Positions 63,648-64,000 of a stretch of 64,000 nucleotides of DNA are shown here, piece by piece (positions within the stretch are counted from its first letter, which is position 1; the number at the start of each line of letters is the position of its first letter). The DNA is from the human T2T-CHM13v2.0 reference genome, Homo sapiens. A model generated the notes under the pieces. That model searched no databases and had not been told where the DNA came from. It saw nothing but the letters and a program-made list of their open reading frames with translations. Where the stretch lies: the NCBI RefSeq assembly GCF_009914755.1, contig NC_060928.1; one strand, written 5' to 3'. The translations under genes and the position numbers were made by a program.

Positions 63648-63987
<340 letters not shown>

Positions 63988-64000
63988 CTAATTCCTTACT

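Overview
Primate (probably human, 4q26-type) genomic DNA, rich in interspersed repeats. The right half holds the complete METTL14 gene on the + strand: 11 coding exons from 36842 to 61619, summing to 1371 nt (456 aa plus stop), with one GC-AG intron, a short uORF and a CpG/ETS bidirectional promoter near 36.6-36.7 kb. The left ~22 kb looks like a duplicated block with an orphan SEPT14-like terminal exon, lncRNA-like exons and many Alu, L1, L2 and MaLR copies. The most interesting signal lies between them on the - strand, heading away from the METTL14 promoter: six phase-compatible exons (35847 to ~27.3 kb) that reconstruct a disabled gene for a signal-peptide protein with a DOMON-like domain. 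It carries in-frame stops, a 5-bp duplication frameshift and a decayed splice donor, but a spliceable ~98-aa secreted ORF may survive. Also noted: two ~180-200 bp templated insertions copied from ~1 kb away, and a perfect cryptic donor inside METTL14 exon 3 that competes with the GC donor. Everything was read by eye. Repeat subfamily names and boundaries are approximate, and no database search was run.
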